Positions 49,366 to 58,367 of a DNA stretch of 64,000 bases are shown here, in pieces. The stretch comes from an uncultured Eubacteriales bacterium. GTDB lineage: Bacteria; Bacillota; Clostridia; Oscillospirales; Acutalibacteraceae. The number at the start of each line of letters is the position of its first letter. Positions within the stretch are counted from its first letter, which is position 1. The position numbers and the translations under genes are program-made. The stretch spans positions 627-64,626 of the forward strand of contig CAKUBN010000008.1 in assembly GCA_934643185.1 (NCBI GenBank), read 5' to 3'. The notes under the pieces are model-generated. The model ran no database searches. It was not told the DNA's origin and was given only the letters and a program-made list of their open reading frames with translations.

Positions 49366-49862
49366 TGGTGCAGCATGAGATCCCGCCGGTGTTCGACGAA
49401 AACAGCCGCGTGCTCGTTTTGGGCTCGTTTCCGTCCGTGCAGTCGAGGAAAGCGGCGTTTTTCTACGGGCACCCGCAAAACCGATTTTGGCGCGTGTTGA
49501 GCGCCGTTTTCGGTGAGCCGGTGCCGGGGGATGTTCCCGAAAAGAAGGCATTGTTATTGAAGCATCACGTGGCTTTGTGGGACGTTATTGCTTCGTGCGA
49601 CGTGACGGGTTCGTCCGACGCGAGCATTAAAAACGTCGTGCCGAACGACCTTTCCGTGATCTTATCGGCAGCGAACATCACGCATGTGTTCACAAACGGC
49701 CAGACGGCGCACAAGCTGTACCGGAAATACCTTGCAAATGAGATCAATTTGCCGGAAACGGTTTTGCCGAGCACCAGCCCCGCAAATGCCGCGTGGAGCT
49801 TGGAACGGCTGACGGAAGCGTGGAAGGTTGTTAAGCAGAGTGTACAGCGGAGCGACGAATAA
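49365..49862 (+). CDS. Uracil-DNA-glycosylase-superfamily enzyme (DNA-deoxyinosine/hypoxanthine glycosylase type)
   Basis: VLVLGSFPSVQSRKAAFFYGHPQNRFWRVL...LPSTSPANA. Its ATG shares one nucleotide with the gatD2 stop (TGATG). Confidence 0.85.
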   Translation: MVQHEIPPVFDENSRVLVLGSFPSVQSRKAAFFYGHPQNRFWRVLSAVFGEPVPGDVPEKKALLLKHHVALWDVIASCDVTGSSDASIKNVVPNDLSVILSAANITHVFTNGQTAHKLYRKYLANEINLPETVLPSTSPANAAWSLERLTEAWKVVKQSVQRSDE

Positions 49863-50345
49863 GGTCTTTGTCCAACTTTCTTCGAGAAAGTTGGCGGAAT
49901 CCAAGGGCAGTGCCCTTGGTCGCCATTCGCAAATGGCGAAATCTTGTTGCGTTCACAAAAACTAGGAAGGTAGGATTAAACGTCCAGTGGACGTTTAAAC
50001 CGTAGGGAACCCAGTTGTATGGGTTCCCTGAAAGGGCGGCAGGGCCGTCCTTTTTTATATAGCTATTTGTTTGCATTGGTGCGTATTATCTCTCCCTTTC
50101 TTTCATCAGAGGAAGCCTATATTTTTATATGTGCAGGTATAAAAGAACGCCGCATCCTCGGAGAAAAACGGGAGTGCGGCGATTTTCTTATTCTACGGTC
50201 GACGGCTAAACAGTCCGCCGGACTGTTTAGCCTATTCTCCTGATTTTTATGTAGGCAAAGGGTGTTTCGAGCTCTGCGGAGCTCGACCAAGGGCTTTGCC
50301 CTTGGAATCCACAAGCTTTTGAAAAAAGCTTGTGCAAAACTTTTA
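49861..50345. repeat. Second composite multi-hairpin repeat (arms 49861..50056 and 50185..50345, inverted, around a core of about 125 bp)
   Basis: The arms are homologous to 5298..5496 and 5677..5872 with different stem sequences. The core shares tatctctccct...cagagg...atttttatat.tgcagg.ataaaa.aacgccgca.cctcgg...gagtgcggcg with 5540..5670. Confidence 0.8.
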
Positions 50346-50376
50346 ACAGGCGTTGCCGTGAGCGCGGTGCGAAGCT

Positions 50377-50405
50377 TTCACCCATTTTGTCCCCCTCCAT
50401 ATAAT
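50377..50405 (+). promoter_or_regulatory. Candidate promoter of the ZIP transporter gene (TTCACC, 17-nt spacer, TATAAT)
   Basis: TATAAT at 50400..50405. Alternatively, ccccctcc (50391..50398) could pair with the RBS aggaggg (50412..50418). Confidence 0.3.
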
Positions 50406-50424
50406 AAAATCAGGAGGGCTGAAA

Positions 50425-51228
50425 ATGGATGGTATTGTAGTTTATGCGCTGTTGGCGACGCTGGGGACTTGGCTCGTCACGGCGCTTGGCGCTGCCACAG
50501 TGGTGCTGTTTAAATCGCCGAACCCCAAAATTCTCAATTTGATGCTTGGCTTTGCCGCCGGAGTGATGATCGCGGCAAGCTTTTGGTCGCTTTTGCAGCC
50601 GGCCATCGAGCGCGCGGAGGCGGCGGGGAACATGCCTGCGTTTTTAGTGGCGACGTTCGGGTTTCTCTGCGGTGCGTTGTTCATGTGGGGCTCCGACAAA
50701 TGCGTGACCTACGCGCAGCGGCGCTCCGCCCTGGCGCAGGGCGAGAAAAACGCGCGGCTGAACCGCATCATTTTGCTGGTGCTTTCCATCACGCTGCACA
50801 ACATCCCGGAGGGGCTTGCCGTGGGCGTGGCGTTCGGCGCGCTGAAAAACGGCGGCTATACGCCGGAGGCGCTCATGGGTGCGGTGACGGTTGCGGTGGG
50901 CATCGGTCTGCAGAATTTTCCGGAGGGCGCGGCGGTCTCACTGCCTTTGCGCCGTGAGGGGTGCTCCAGAAGAAAGAGCTTTTTCATCGGGCAGGCTTCC
51001 GGCTTTGTGGAGCCAATTGCGGGCGTTTTGGGCGCTTTGCTTGCCGTGTACATTGAAGCCGTTTTGCCGTTTGCGCTGTCTTTTGCGGCGGGCGCGATGA
51101 TCTTGGTTGCGGTGCACGAGCTCATCCCGGAGTGTCAGCGTAACCAGAAGGCGCAGCCGTATGCGGCGACGATGGGCATCGTGACGGGCTTTGCGCTCAT
51201 GATGCTTCTGGACGTGATGCTGGGGTGA
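50425..51228 (+). CDS. ZIP-family divalent metal transporter (ZupT-like)
   Basis: LHNIPEGLAVGVAFG...QNFPEGAAVSLPL...AVHELIPE. Confidence 0.9.
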   Translation: MDGIVVYALLATLGTWLVTALGAATVVLFKSPNPKILNLMLGFAAGVMIAASFWSLLQPAIERAEAAGNMPAFLVATFGFLCGALFMWGSDKCVTYAQRRSALAQGEKNARLNRIILLVLSITLHNIPEGLAVGVAFGALKNGGYTPEALMGAVTVAVGIGLQNFPEGAAVSLPLRREGCSRRKSFFIGQASGFVEPIAGVLGALLAVYIEAVLPFALSFAAGAMILVAVHELIPECQRNQKAQPYAATMGIVTGFALMMLLDVMLG

Positions 51229-51297
51229 AATTTTGAGGTAAAGAAAAAGTCCGAAACACGGTTTAAGTGCTTCGGACTTTTGGCATTTTGTTGTGTT

Positions 51298-52671
51298 TTA
51301 CGCTTTTGCAGGCTCAGGCTGCGGGGCGGTGAGCAGCTTTTTCCAGCGGTCGCTGTAATAGTAGATGAGCAGCGGGATGATGCCCAGAATATAGCCGATC
51401 GGCGCGGCAAACCAAATGCCGGTGGTGCCCATCCAAATGGGCAGCAGCAGCGAAAGGCCGATCTTGCTGCACAGCTCCACAACGGAGGAGACCATGGAAA
51501 TGTTGATCTTGCCCATGCCCTTGACGGTGCTGTTATAAAGCCAGATCCACCCGAGGAACGGGAAGAACCACGCCTGAATGCGGATGAATTCGAGCGAATA
51601 CGCAATGACCTCGGTCTCGTTCGCCTTGACATACAGCGAGACGAGCGGCTCGGCGAAAATGAGCGTCAGCGCGCCTGCGAAAATGCTCAAGCCGCCGACG
51701 AGCAGGAAGATCTGGCGCACGCCAAGCTTAATGCGTTCTGCGTTTTTTGCGCCGAAGTTCTGTCCGACATAAACAGAAAAGCCGAACGAGAAATTACTGA
51801 AGAGCATCACGGCTAAATTCTGCACGTTGCTGCCGACGGTGAACGCCGCGACGACGTTGGAGCCGTCACCGTTGATGACGCGCGTGATGACCATCATGCC
51901 GACGGACAAAAACAAACTTTGCAGCGCCATCTGCGCGCCCATGCCGAAAATTTTAAGGCTGACGGGCATATCCGGGCGCATGGTGTGGCGCTTCGGCATG
52001 AGATCCGGGTATTTGCGGAACATAACGATGATGCAGATGACGGCGGAAATGGCCTGCGAGCCGACCGTTGCAACGGCGACACCCGCAACGCCCATGTTGA
52101 GGCCGATGACGCTGATGAGGTCGAGAATGACGTTTAGAATGGAGCACAAAATGAGGAAATAAAGCGGCGTTTTGCTGTCGCCGAGCGCGCGCAGAATGGA
52201 AGCCGCACCGTTATAAGCGAACTGTGCAATGCCGCAGCCGCATACAATCTGAATGTATAAAACGGACATGTCGATGACGTCTTCCGGCGTTTTTAAAAGC
52301 TGCATGAGTGGCCGCGCGGCGAAAACGCTGATGAGACCCAGAACAACGCCGAGCAAAAGGGTGATCCACCCGGAGGCGACGATGCCCTTGCGCACGCGGT
52401 CGGTGTCGTTTGCGCCGACGTATTGCGAAAGCACGATGGAAATGGCACTCGTCACGCCGGTTGCAAGCAGCAGGATGAGGCCCGTTGTGGACGTGGTGGC
52501 ACCGATGGCGGCCAGCGCGTGCGAGCCGACGAAGCGGCCGAGCACGGCGGAGTCCACCATGGAATAAAGCGACTGGAAAATACTGCCGATCATCATGGGC
52601 AGCGCAAAACGAAGCATCAGGTTGATCGGTTTGCCCTGCGTCATGTCGATGGCACCGGACGGTTTGGACAT
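51298..52671 (-). CDS. MATE-family efflux transporter
   Basis: KPINLMLRFALPMMIGSIFQSLYSMVDSAVLGRFVGSHALAAIG plus 12 TM segments. Confidence 0.9.
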   Translation of the reverse strand: MSKPSGAIDMTQGKPINLMLRFALPMMIGSIFQSLYSMVDSAVLGRFVGSHALAAIGATTSTTGLILLLATGVTSAISIVLSQYVGANDTDRVRKGIVASGWITLLLGVVLGLISVFAARPLMQLLKTPEDVIDMSVLYIQIVCGCGIAQFAYNGAASILRALGDSKTPLYFLILCSILNVILDLISVIGLNMGVAGVAVATVGSQAISAVICIIVMFRKYPDLMPKRHTMRPDMPVSLKIFGMGAQMALQSLFLSVGMMVITRVINGDGSNVVAAFTVGSNVQNLAVMLFSNFSFGFSVYVGQNFGAKNAERIKLGVRQIFLLVGGLSIFAGALTLIFAEPLVSLYVKANETEVIAYSLEFIRIQAWFFPFLGWIWLYNSTVKGMGKINISMVSSVVELCSKIGLSLLLPIWMGTTGIWFAAPIGYILGIIPLLIYYYSDRWKKLLTAPQPEPAKA

Positions 52672-52702
52672 GATACAACAACTCCTAAAAAAATAAGATT
52701 AA

Positions 52703-52820
52703 GGTAAACCGTTCCGTAGAAAATAAGGGTAAACCGTGTTTGTAGAACCTCTTCGCTGCGTGTTAGTTTACAAGTATCATTGTACCAAGAAAGCAACGCG
52801 AGTTCAATGAACGGTTTACC
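52703..52820. promoter_or_regulatory. Three copies of GGTAAACCGT (two direct, one inverted) flanking the MATE promoter; candidate operator set
   Basis: ggtaaaccgt at 52703..52712 and 52728..52737, both in the 5' UTR. The inverted copy acggtttacc at 52811..52820 lies just upstream of the -35. Confidence 0.4.
52779..52807 (-). promoter_or_regulatory. Promoter of the MATE gene (TTGAAC, 17-nt spacer, TGgTACAAT)
   Basis: The reverse strand reads ttgaac-tcgcgttgctttcttgg-tacaat. Confidence 0.45.
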
Positions 52821-52867
52821 CAAATCAACAGGAAAAATATTTGGCTATTTCTGCCAATAATTAAATG

Positions 52868-53038
52868 TTAAACGATGGAATAGGTGAACATTTCGTAATG
52901 CAATGCGGTGCCGATATCGATCTCTTCCGGCAAAAGCGCGCGGGCGACCAGAATTTCATCGTGCGTGTCGTTATCTGTGCGGCGCAAAATGGCGTAGTCG
53001 CCGTCGATGGAAGCGACTTCGTATTCGTAGGGGCCCAT
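52868..53038 (-). CDS. Small 56-aa protein, DUF3006-like (below the ORF-track length cutoff)
   Basis: My translation is MGPYEYEVASIDGDYAILRRTDNDTHDEILVARALLPEEIDIGTALHYEMFTYSIV. Its ATG shares one nucleotide with the upstream GNAT stop (TGATG). The family call is from recall. Confidence 0.5.
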   Translation of the reverse strand: MGPYEYEVASIDGDYAILRRTDNDTHDEILVARALLPEEIDIGTALHYEMFTYSIV

Positions 53039-53622
53039 CACACCACCGTGCCTTCCTTGACGAACGTGGCGGCGTGCTCGCGCGCGGCCTCGTAGTCCTG
53101 CGCCAAAATGAGGTAGGCCTTTGTAAAGCGTTTCGCATTCGGGTCTTCGGGCTCGATGGCACGCTCCATTAAAAGCACGCCGTCCGTTTCAGAGACCTCG
53201 TGAAAGCCCATTTTTTTGTGGAACGCCACGGCGGCATCGTTCGGCAGGTTGATGTGCGCCGTCACGCGGCGGTAGTTCGCGTGGTGCATGATGTCGAGCA
53301 TCAGGCTGTAAAGCGAGGTGCCCACGCCGCTGTGTAAGCATTTTTCGGAGACGTACAGCTGTGCGTCGGCGGAGAACAGGTCATCCTTCGGAATATCGCG
53401 GTCGGTCAAAAAGCAGAAGCCTGCCGTCTGGTTGTTGATCTCCGTTAAGATCCACATGCGGCCGTATGTATAGGTGTCGATGCGCTGCACGTATTCAGCA
53501 AGCGTCGGCACTTCGGTGTCGGGCGTGTAGTGGGTCTTTTCCACATAAGGGGTGTAAATTTTGAGCATGGACGGGCCGTCCCACTCGTTCGTTCTGCGTA
53601 CTGCAACTCTGAAATCACTCAT
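53038..53622 (-). CDS. GNAT-family N-acetyltransferase (phosphinothricin-acetyltransferase-like)
   Basis: Trimmed to the ATG at 53622 (MSDFRVAVRRTNEWDG), downstream of AAAGGA. LYVSEKCLHSGVGTSLYSLML...NDAAVAFHKKMGF. Confidence 0.85.
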   Translation of the reverse strand: MSDFRVAVRRTNEWDGPSMLKIYTPYVEKTHYTPDTEVPTLAEYVQRIDTYTYGRMWILTEINNQTAGFCFLTDRDIPKDDLFSADAQLYVSEKCLHSGVGTSLYSLMLDIMHHANYRRVTAHINLPNDAAVAFHKKMGFHEVSETDGVLLMERAIEPEDPNAKRFTKAYLILAQDYEAAREHAATFVKEGTVV

Positions 53623-53626
53623 ATTT

Positions 53627-54514
53627 TTAAATCCTTTCGTTCGTAACTTCTGCATACAGGGGGATAGACGGCGCGGCGCCGGGGCGCGAGACCGCAATGG
53701 CAGCAGCTCTTGCCGCGAGGGTCAGCGATTTTTTCGGCGAAAGGCCGTCCAGCATGCCGCGCATGAAATAGCCGGTGAATGTGTCGCCGGCGGCGGTGGT
53801 ATCGACCGCGCGGACAAGCTCTGCCGGGGCAAACGCGCGCTTATCTTCCTTGGCGTACCAAGCGCCCTTGTCGCCGAGCGTCAAAACTGCGGCGGCGTGC
53901 GGGTATTTTTGAAGGAGCTTATCCAAAATAGCGGTGGGGATCTTTGTGCCCGTCAGCTGTTCGCCCTCGACTTCATTTAAAACGAACACGGAGACGAGCG
54001 ACAAATTGCACTTTAACACGTTTTCGTTCATCGGAGAGGGGTTGAGCCAGATCTCCATGCCGCGCGCATGTGCTTTTTCAATAATGTACGGCAGCGCGCT
54101 GATCTCGTTTTGCAGCAGGAGAATGTCGCCTGCGCCGAATTGCGCAAGCACGCGGTCGGCGTATGCTTCATCCACAGCCCCGTTGGAGCCGCCGAAAAGC
54201 AGAATGGCGTTCTGTGCCTCTCGGCTGACCTGAATGACGGTGTGCCCGCCCGGCATATCGCGCGTTTCGATGAGGGAGGTATCTACGCCGTTTTGGTTCA
54301 ATAAATCGCGCAGGTGCTCGCCGTCCGTGCCGATGAGCCCCGCATGGCAGACGGAAAGCCCCGCCCGCACAAGCGCAATGGACTGGTTTAACCCCTTGCC
54401 GCCCGGGAACACGGTGCGGCTTTCGCTTTGAATGGTCTCACCGCCCTGCAGAATGTGGTCGACCTTATAAACATAGTCTGTATTGAGTGAGCCGAAATTC
54501 AAGATCCTCTTCAA
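53627..54514 (-). CDS. Ribokinase-like PfkB-family sugar kinase
   Basis: Trimmed to the TTG at 54514, 8 nt after GAGGAG (MKRILNFGSLNTDYVY). GGKGLNQSIA...VDTTAAGDTFTGYF. Confidence 0.85.
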   Translation of the reverse strand: MKRILNFGSLNTDYVYKVDHILQGGETIQSESRTVFPGGKGLNQSIALVRAGLSVCHAGLIGTDGEHLRDLLNQNGVDTSLIETRDMPGGHTVIQVSREAQNAILLFGGSNGAVDEAYADRVLAQFGAGDILLLQNEISALPYIIEKAHARGMEIWLNPSPMNENVLKCNLSLVSVFVLNEVEGEQLTGTKIPTAILDKLLQKYPHAAAVLTLGDKGAWYAKEDKRAFAPAELVRAVDTTAAGDTFTGYFMRGMLDGLSPKKSLTLAARAAAIAVSRPGAAPSIPLYAEVTNERI

Positions 54515-54805
54515 GGTTTTGCACTCCTCTGTTTCAAAATCAATACAAGAATAGCACGAACAAAGCCCGCCGTCAAGGAAAGCAGGACAAAAGAAAAAAC
54601 GCAAAAACCCAATATTTCAGCGGTTTCGCCAAGGCGGAACATATTCACAAAACGCGCGAAAAGTGGTATAATATTTCGGTTAATGAGCAAACCGAGTTTT
54701 TAATCCGTTTTTTGCCGTATCCCGCGCATGCAAAACGGCGCGGCCGGTTTTGAATTTTTTGAAGCAGTTTGAAGTTAAGAACGATAAAGAAAGGGATTGA
54801 TAAAG

Positions 54806-56629
54806 ATGGGAAAAAGAGAAAATTTGCGCAACGTAGCCATTATTGCACACGTTGACCACGGCAAGACCACCCTTGTGGACCAGCTTCTGCGCCAGAGCGG
54901 CGTTTTCCGCAGCAACGAAGCCGTAACCGAGCGCGTCATGGACTCCGGTGATTTGGAGCGTGAGCGCGGCATTACGATCCTCTCCAAAAACACAGCTGTC
55001 ATGTACAATGGCATCAAAATCAATATTGTTGATACCCCGGGCCATGCCGATTTCGGCGGTGAGGTGGAACGTATTCTGATGATGGTAGACGGCGTTCTGC
55101 TGCTTGTCGATGCGTTTGAGGGATGTATGCCGCAGACGCGCTTCGTTTTAAAGAAGGCGCTTGGTCTTGGCAAAAAGCCGGTCGTTGTCGTCAATAAGGT
55201 CGACCGTCCGGGCGCACGTCCGCTTGAAGTCGTGGACGAAGTGCTTGACCTCTTCATTGAGCTTGGTGCAGACGAAGACCAGCTCGATTTCCCGGTGGTC
55301 TACGCTTCCGCACGTGACGGCTACGCCATGAACCAGCCGGACGAAAAGGGCACGGACATGAAGCCGCTGTTTGAAGCCATTATAAACGATGTTCCGGCGC
55401 CGGAGGGTGACCTTGACGGCCCGACGCAGGTGCTGTTCTCCAACATTGACTATGATGAGTACGTCGGCCGTATCGGTATCGGCCGAGTGGAGCGCGGCTC
55501 CGTAAAGGTTGGCCAGACCGTTACCATCTGCAGCAGCACAAGCGACGAAAAACGCAACGCGCGCATTACGAAGCTCTACCAGTTTGAGGGCCTCAAGCGC
55601 GTGGACGCAGAGAGCGCAGAGCTCGGCGACATCGTGGCCGTTTCCGGCATGGCAGACCTCAACATCGGTGAGACCGCCTGCGACCCGGAGCACGTGGAGC
55701 CGCTGCCGTTTGTCAAGATCGACGAGCCGACCGTTTCTATGATGTTCATGGTCAACAATTCCCCGTTTGCGGGCCGCGAGGGCAAATATGTCACCTCCCG
55801 CAACCTGCGCGACCGCCTGTTTAAGGAGGTCGAAACGAACGTTGCTATGCGCGTGGAAGAGACGGATTCCGCCGATACGTTTAAGGTATCCGGCCGCGGC
55901 GAGCTGCACCTCTCCATTCTTATCGAGCAGATGCGCCGCCAGAACTACGAATTCCAGGTCTCCCGCCCGAGCGTTATTTTCAAGGAAGAAAACGGCAAGA
56001 AGCTGGAGCCGATGGAACTTTTGATGATCGAAGTTCCGGATAACTACGTCGGCGCGGTTATGGAAAAGCTCGGCACCAGAAAGGCAGAGCTGCTCAACAT
56101 GGGTACCCGCGACAGCGGCACCACACACCTTGAATTCAAGATCCCGTCCCGCGGCATCATGGGCTACCGCTCCGAGTTCCTTACGGACACGAACGGCAAC
56201 GGCATCATGAACCACGTGTTCGATTGCTACGAGCCGTATAAGGGAGACATTCAGCAGCGCAGCACCGGTTCTCTCGTTGTACACGAGACCGGCGAGTCCA
56301 CGGCTTACGGCCTGTTCTACGCACAGGACAGAGGCCGCCTGTTTATCGGGCCGGGCGTACCGGTTTACGAGGGCATGATTGTCGGCAGCAACCCGAAAGG
56401 CGACGACATCGTCATCAACGTCTGCAAGAAGAAGCACGCGACAAACACCCGTGCTTCCGGCTCCGACGACGCACTGAAGCTGACCCCGCACACCGTGCTC
56501 TCTCTGGAGCAGTCCCTCGAGTTCATCGCGGACGATGAGCTTGTGGAGATCACGCCGAAGAGCATCCGCATGCGCAAAATGGTGCTGAGCAAAGAGCTGC
56601 GCATGAAGCAGGCTGCAAAAAAGAAGTAA
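54806..56629 (+). CDS. typA: Translational GTPase TypA/BipA
   Basis: [19 protein letters not shown]...[17 protein letters not shown]...VVVNKVDR, followed by EF-G-like domains. Confidence 0.95.
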   Translation: MGKRENLRNVAIIAHVDHGKTTLVDQLLRQSGVFRSNEAVTERVMDSGDLERERGITILSKNTAVMYNGIKINIVDTPGHADFGGEVERILMMVDGVLLLVDAFEGCMPQTRFVLKKALGLGKKPVVVVNKVDRPGARPLEVVDEVLDLFIELGADEDQLDFPVVYASARDGYAMNQPDEKGTDMKPLFEAIINDVPAPEGDLDGPTQVLFSNIDYDEYVGRIGIGRVERGSVKVGQTVTICSSTSDEKRNARITKLYQFEGLKRVDAESAELGDIVAVSGMADLNIGETACDPEHVEPLPFVKIDEPTVSMMFMVNNSPFAGREGKYVTSRNLRDRLFKEVETNVAMRVEETDSADTFKVSGRGELHLSILIEQMRRQNYEFQVSRPSVIFKEENGKKLEPMELLMIEVPDNYVGAVMEKLGTRKAELLNMGTRDSGTTHLEFKIPSRGIMGYRSEFLTDTNGNGIMNHVFDCYEPYKGDIQQRSTGSLVVHETGESTAYGLFYAQDRGRLFIGPGVPVYEGMIVGSNPKGDDIVINVCKKKHATNTRASGSDDALKLTPHTVLSLEQSLEFIADDELVEITPKSIRMRKMVLSKELRMKQAAKKK

Positions 56630-56669
56630 TTTATAAACCTGACCAACGGAAAAGACACACGGAGAGCCA

Positions 56670-58367
56670 ATGAATATCGTTATTTTGGATCTGGAGTGGA
56701 ACGGTGCGTACAGCCGCCGTCTCCACGGCTTTATCAATGAGATTATCGAGTTCGGCGCTGTCAAGCTCGATGCACAACTGAATATCACAGACCGGTTTTC
56801 CTGCTTTGTCAAACCGCAGGTGACAAAAAAGATCAGCGCGATTATCTCGGACCTCACCAACATTACGGATGCGAATCTTTTGGACGCGCGCCCGTACATG
56901 CAGGTGATGAGCCGCTTCAAAAAATGGGCGGGCGACTGCGTGATTGCCACGTGGGGCACGTCGGACATTCTGGCGCTGATTGAAAACTGCCGCTATTTCG
57001 GCGGCGGGGAGACCGTTCCGTTTTTGCAGCGCTATGTCGATTTACAGCAGTACGTGGAAAAGCGCCTTGGCGAGGACGGCAAGGAGCAGCTTGGGCTTTC
57101 CAAAGCGGCAGAGCTGCTTTCCATTGATGACGGTGCGCTCGACCACCACCGCGCGCTTGACGACAGTGTGCTTTCCGCCATGGTGCTGGAGCGCATTTAC
57201 ACAAAGGATACGTTCCGCCCGTTCATTCAGGACTGTAAGGACCCGGAGTTTTACAGACGCATCACGTTTAAAACGACGTATATCTGTGACGTGAACAGCC
57301 CGTTGATCGAAAAGGAGCATCTGCATTTCACGTGCGAAAAATGCGGCGGCGAAGCAAAGCGCCGCGGCAAATGGACTGTGAAAAACAAGAGTCTGCGCAG
57401 CACATTTAAGTGCGAAAAGTGCGGCTACGAATTCTGCGGTCAGCTGCGCGTGAAGCAGAAGTATGAGGGCATCATCGTCAGCCGCAAGTCCATTCCGCTG
57501 CCGAAGATCGAAAAGCCGCGCCGCGCCGAAAACGCGGACATCGCCGATATGCGCTTGACGATCAAGGACAACGGCGTGGGACTGCTGACGTTTAAGGCGT
57601 GGGAGAACATCCCGTACCTCACACACTGCTTCTCCACGCGTATCGGCGGCGTGAGCGAAGACGAGTTCGCCGCCATGAACCTCGGCTTCAACCGCGGCGA
57701 CAGCGACGAAAACGTGAAAGAGAACTTCCGCCTGATCGCTCAGGCGGCGAATATCCCGGTCGAGAACATCACGGCGGGCGCGCAGGACCACCACACGAAC
57801 GTGCGCCGCGTCACGATGCAGAACGCCGGCACAGGCATTTGGAAACCGAAGGATATGGAAAGCGTGGACGGCCTTGTGACGGACGAAGCGAATCTGCCGC
57901 TGCTCATTTATGCGGCGGACTGCGTACCGCTTTATTTCTACGACCCCATTCACCACGCCATTGGCCTTTCGCACGCCGGTTGGCGCGGCACGGTAAACGG
58001 CATGGCGAAGGCCACCGTCGAAAAGATGGAGGAAGAGTTTGACACCCGTCCCGAGGATCTGCTTGTGGCCATCGGCCCGTCCATCGCGAAGGAGTGCTTT
58101 GAGGTGGACGCCCCGTGCGCGGAGGAATTCCTCGCGCTGCCCGGCAGCGACGCGTTCGTCACAGACGACGGCAACGGTAAATTCCACGTCGACCTTTGGG
58201 CGTGCAACCGTGCATTCTTATTGGGTGCAGGCGTGCTGCCGGAGCACATCACAACGGGTGGCGTGTGCACCATGTGCAACAGCGATCTGCTGTTCTCGCA
58301 CCGCGTGACGCGCGGCAAGCGCGGTTCTAACGCCGGGTTCCTGATGCTTCAGGGTCAAAACGCATGA
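56670..58367 (+). CDS. Fusion protein: DEDDh 3'-5' exonuclease, Cys4 zinc ribbon and a YfiH/PgeF (DUF152, 'laccase-domain') module
   Basis: N-terminus: IVILDLEWN...EIIEFGAVKL...ATWGTSD...HHRALDDS. Middle: FTCEKCGG...FKCEKCGYEF. C-terminus: HTNVRRVT...GLVTDE...YAADCVPLYFYDP...GLSHAGWRGT...HVDLWACN...CTMCNSDLLFSHR. Confidence 0.8.
   Translation: MNIVILDLEWNGAYSRRLHGFINEIIEFGAVKLDAQLNITDRFSCFVKPQVTKKISAIISDLTNITDANLLDARPYMQVMSRFKKWAGDCVIATWGTSDILALIENCRYFGGGETVPFLQRYVDLQQYVEKRLGEDGKEQLGLSKAAELLSIDDGALDHHRALDDSVLSAMVLERIYTKDTFRPFIQDCKDPEFYRRITFKTTYICDVNSPLIEKEHLHFTCEKCGGEAKRRGKWTVKNKSLRSTFKCEKCGYEFCGQLRVKQKYEGIIVSRKSIPLPKIEKPRRAENADIADMRLTIKDNGVGLLTFKAWENIPYLTHCFSTRIGGVSEDEFAAMNLGFNRGDSDENVKENFRLIAQAANIPVENITAGAQDHHTNVRRVTMQNAGTGIWKPKDMESVDGLVTDEANLPLLIYAADCVPLYFYDPIHHAIGLSHAGWRGTVNGMAKATVEKMEEEFDTRPEDLLVAIGPSIAKECFEVDAPCAEEFLALPGSDAFVTDDGNGKFHVDLWACNRAFLLGAGVLPEHITTGGVCTMCNSDLLFSHRVTRGKRGSNAGFLMLQGQNA

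Noticed and set aside
55148-56968. 606-aa reverse-strand ORF across typA and the start of the exonuclease fusion
   Set aside because: It is an antisense shadow. It spans an intergenic gap and two well-supported forward genes, and it has no motifs.
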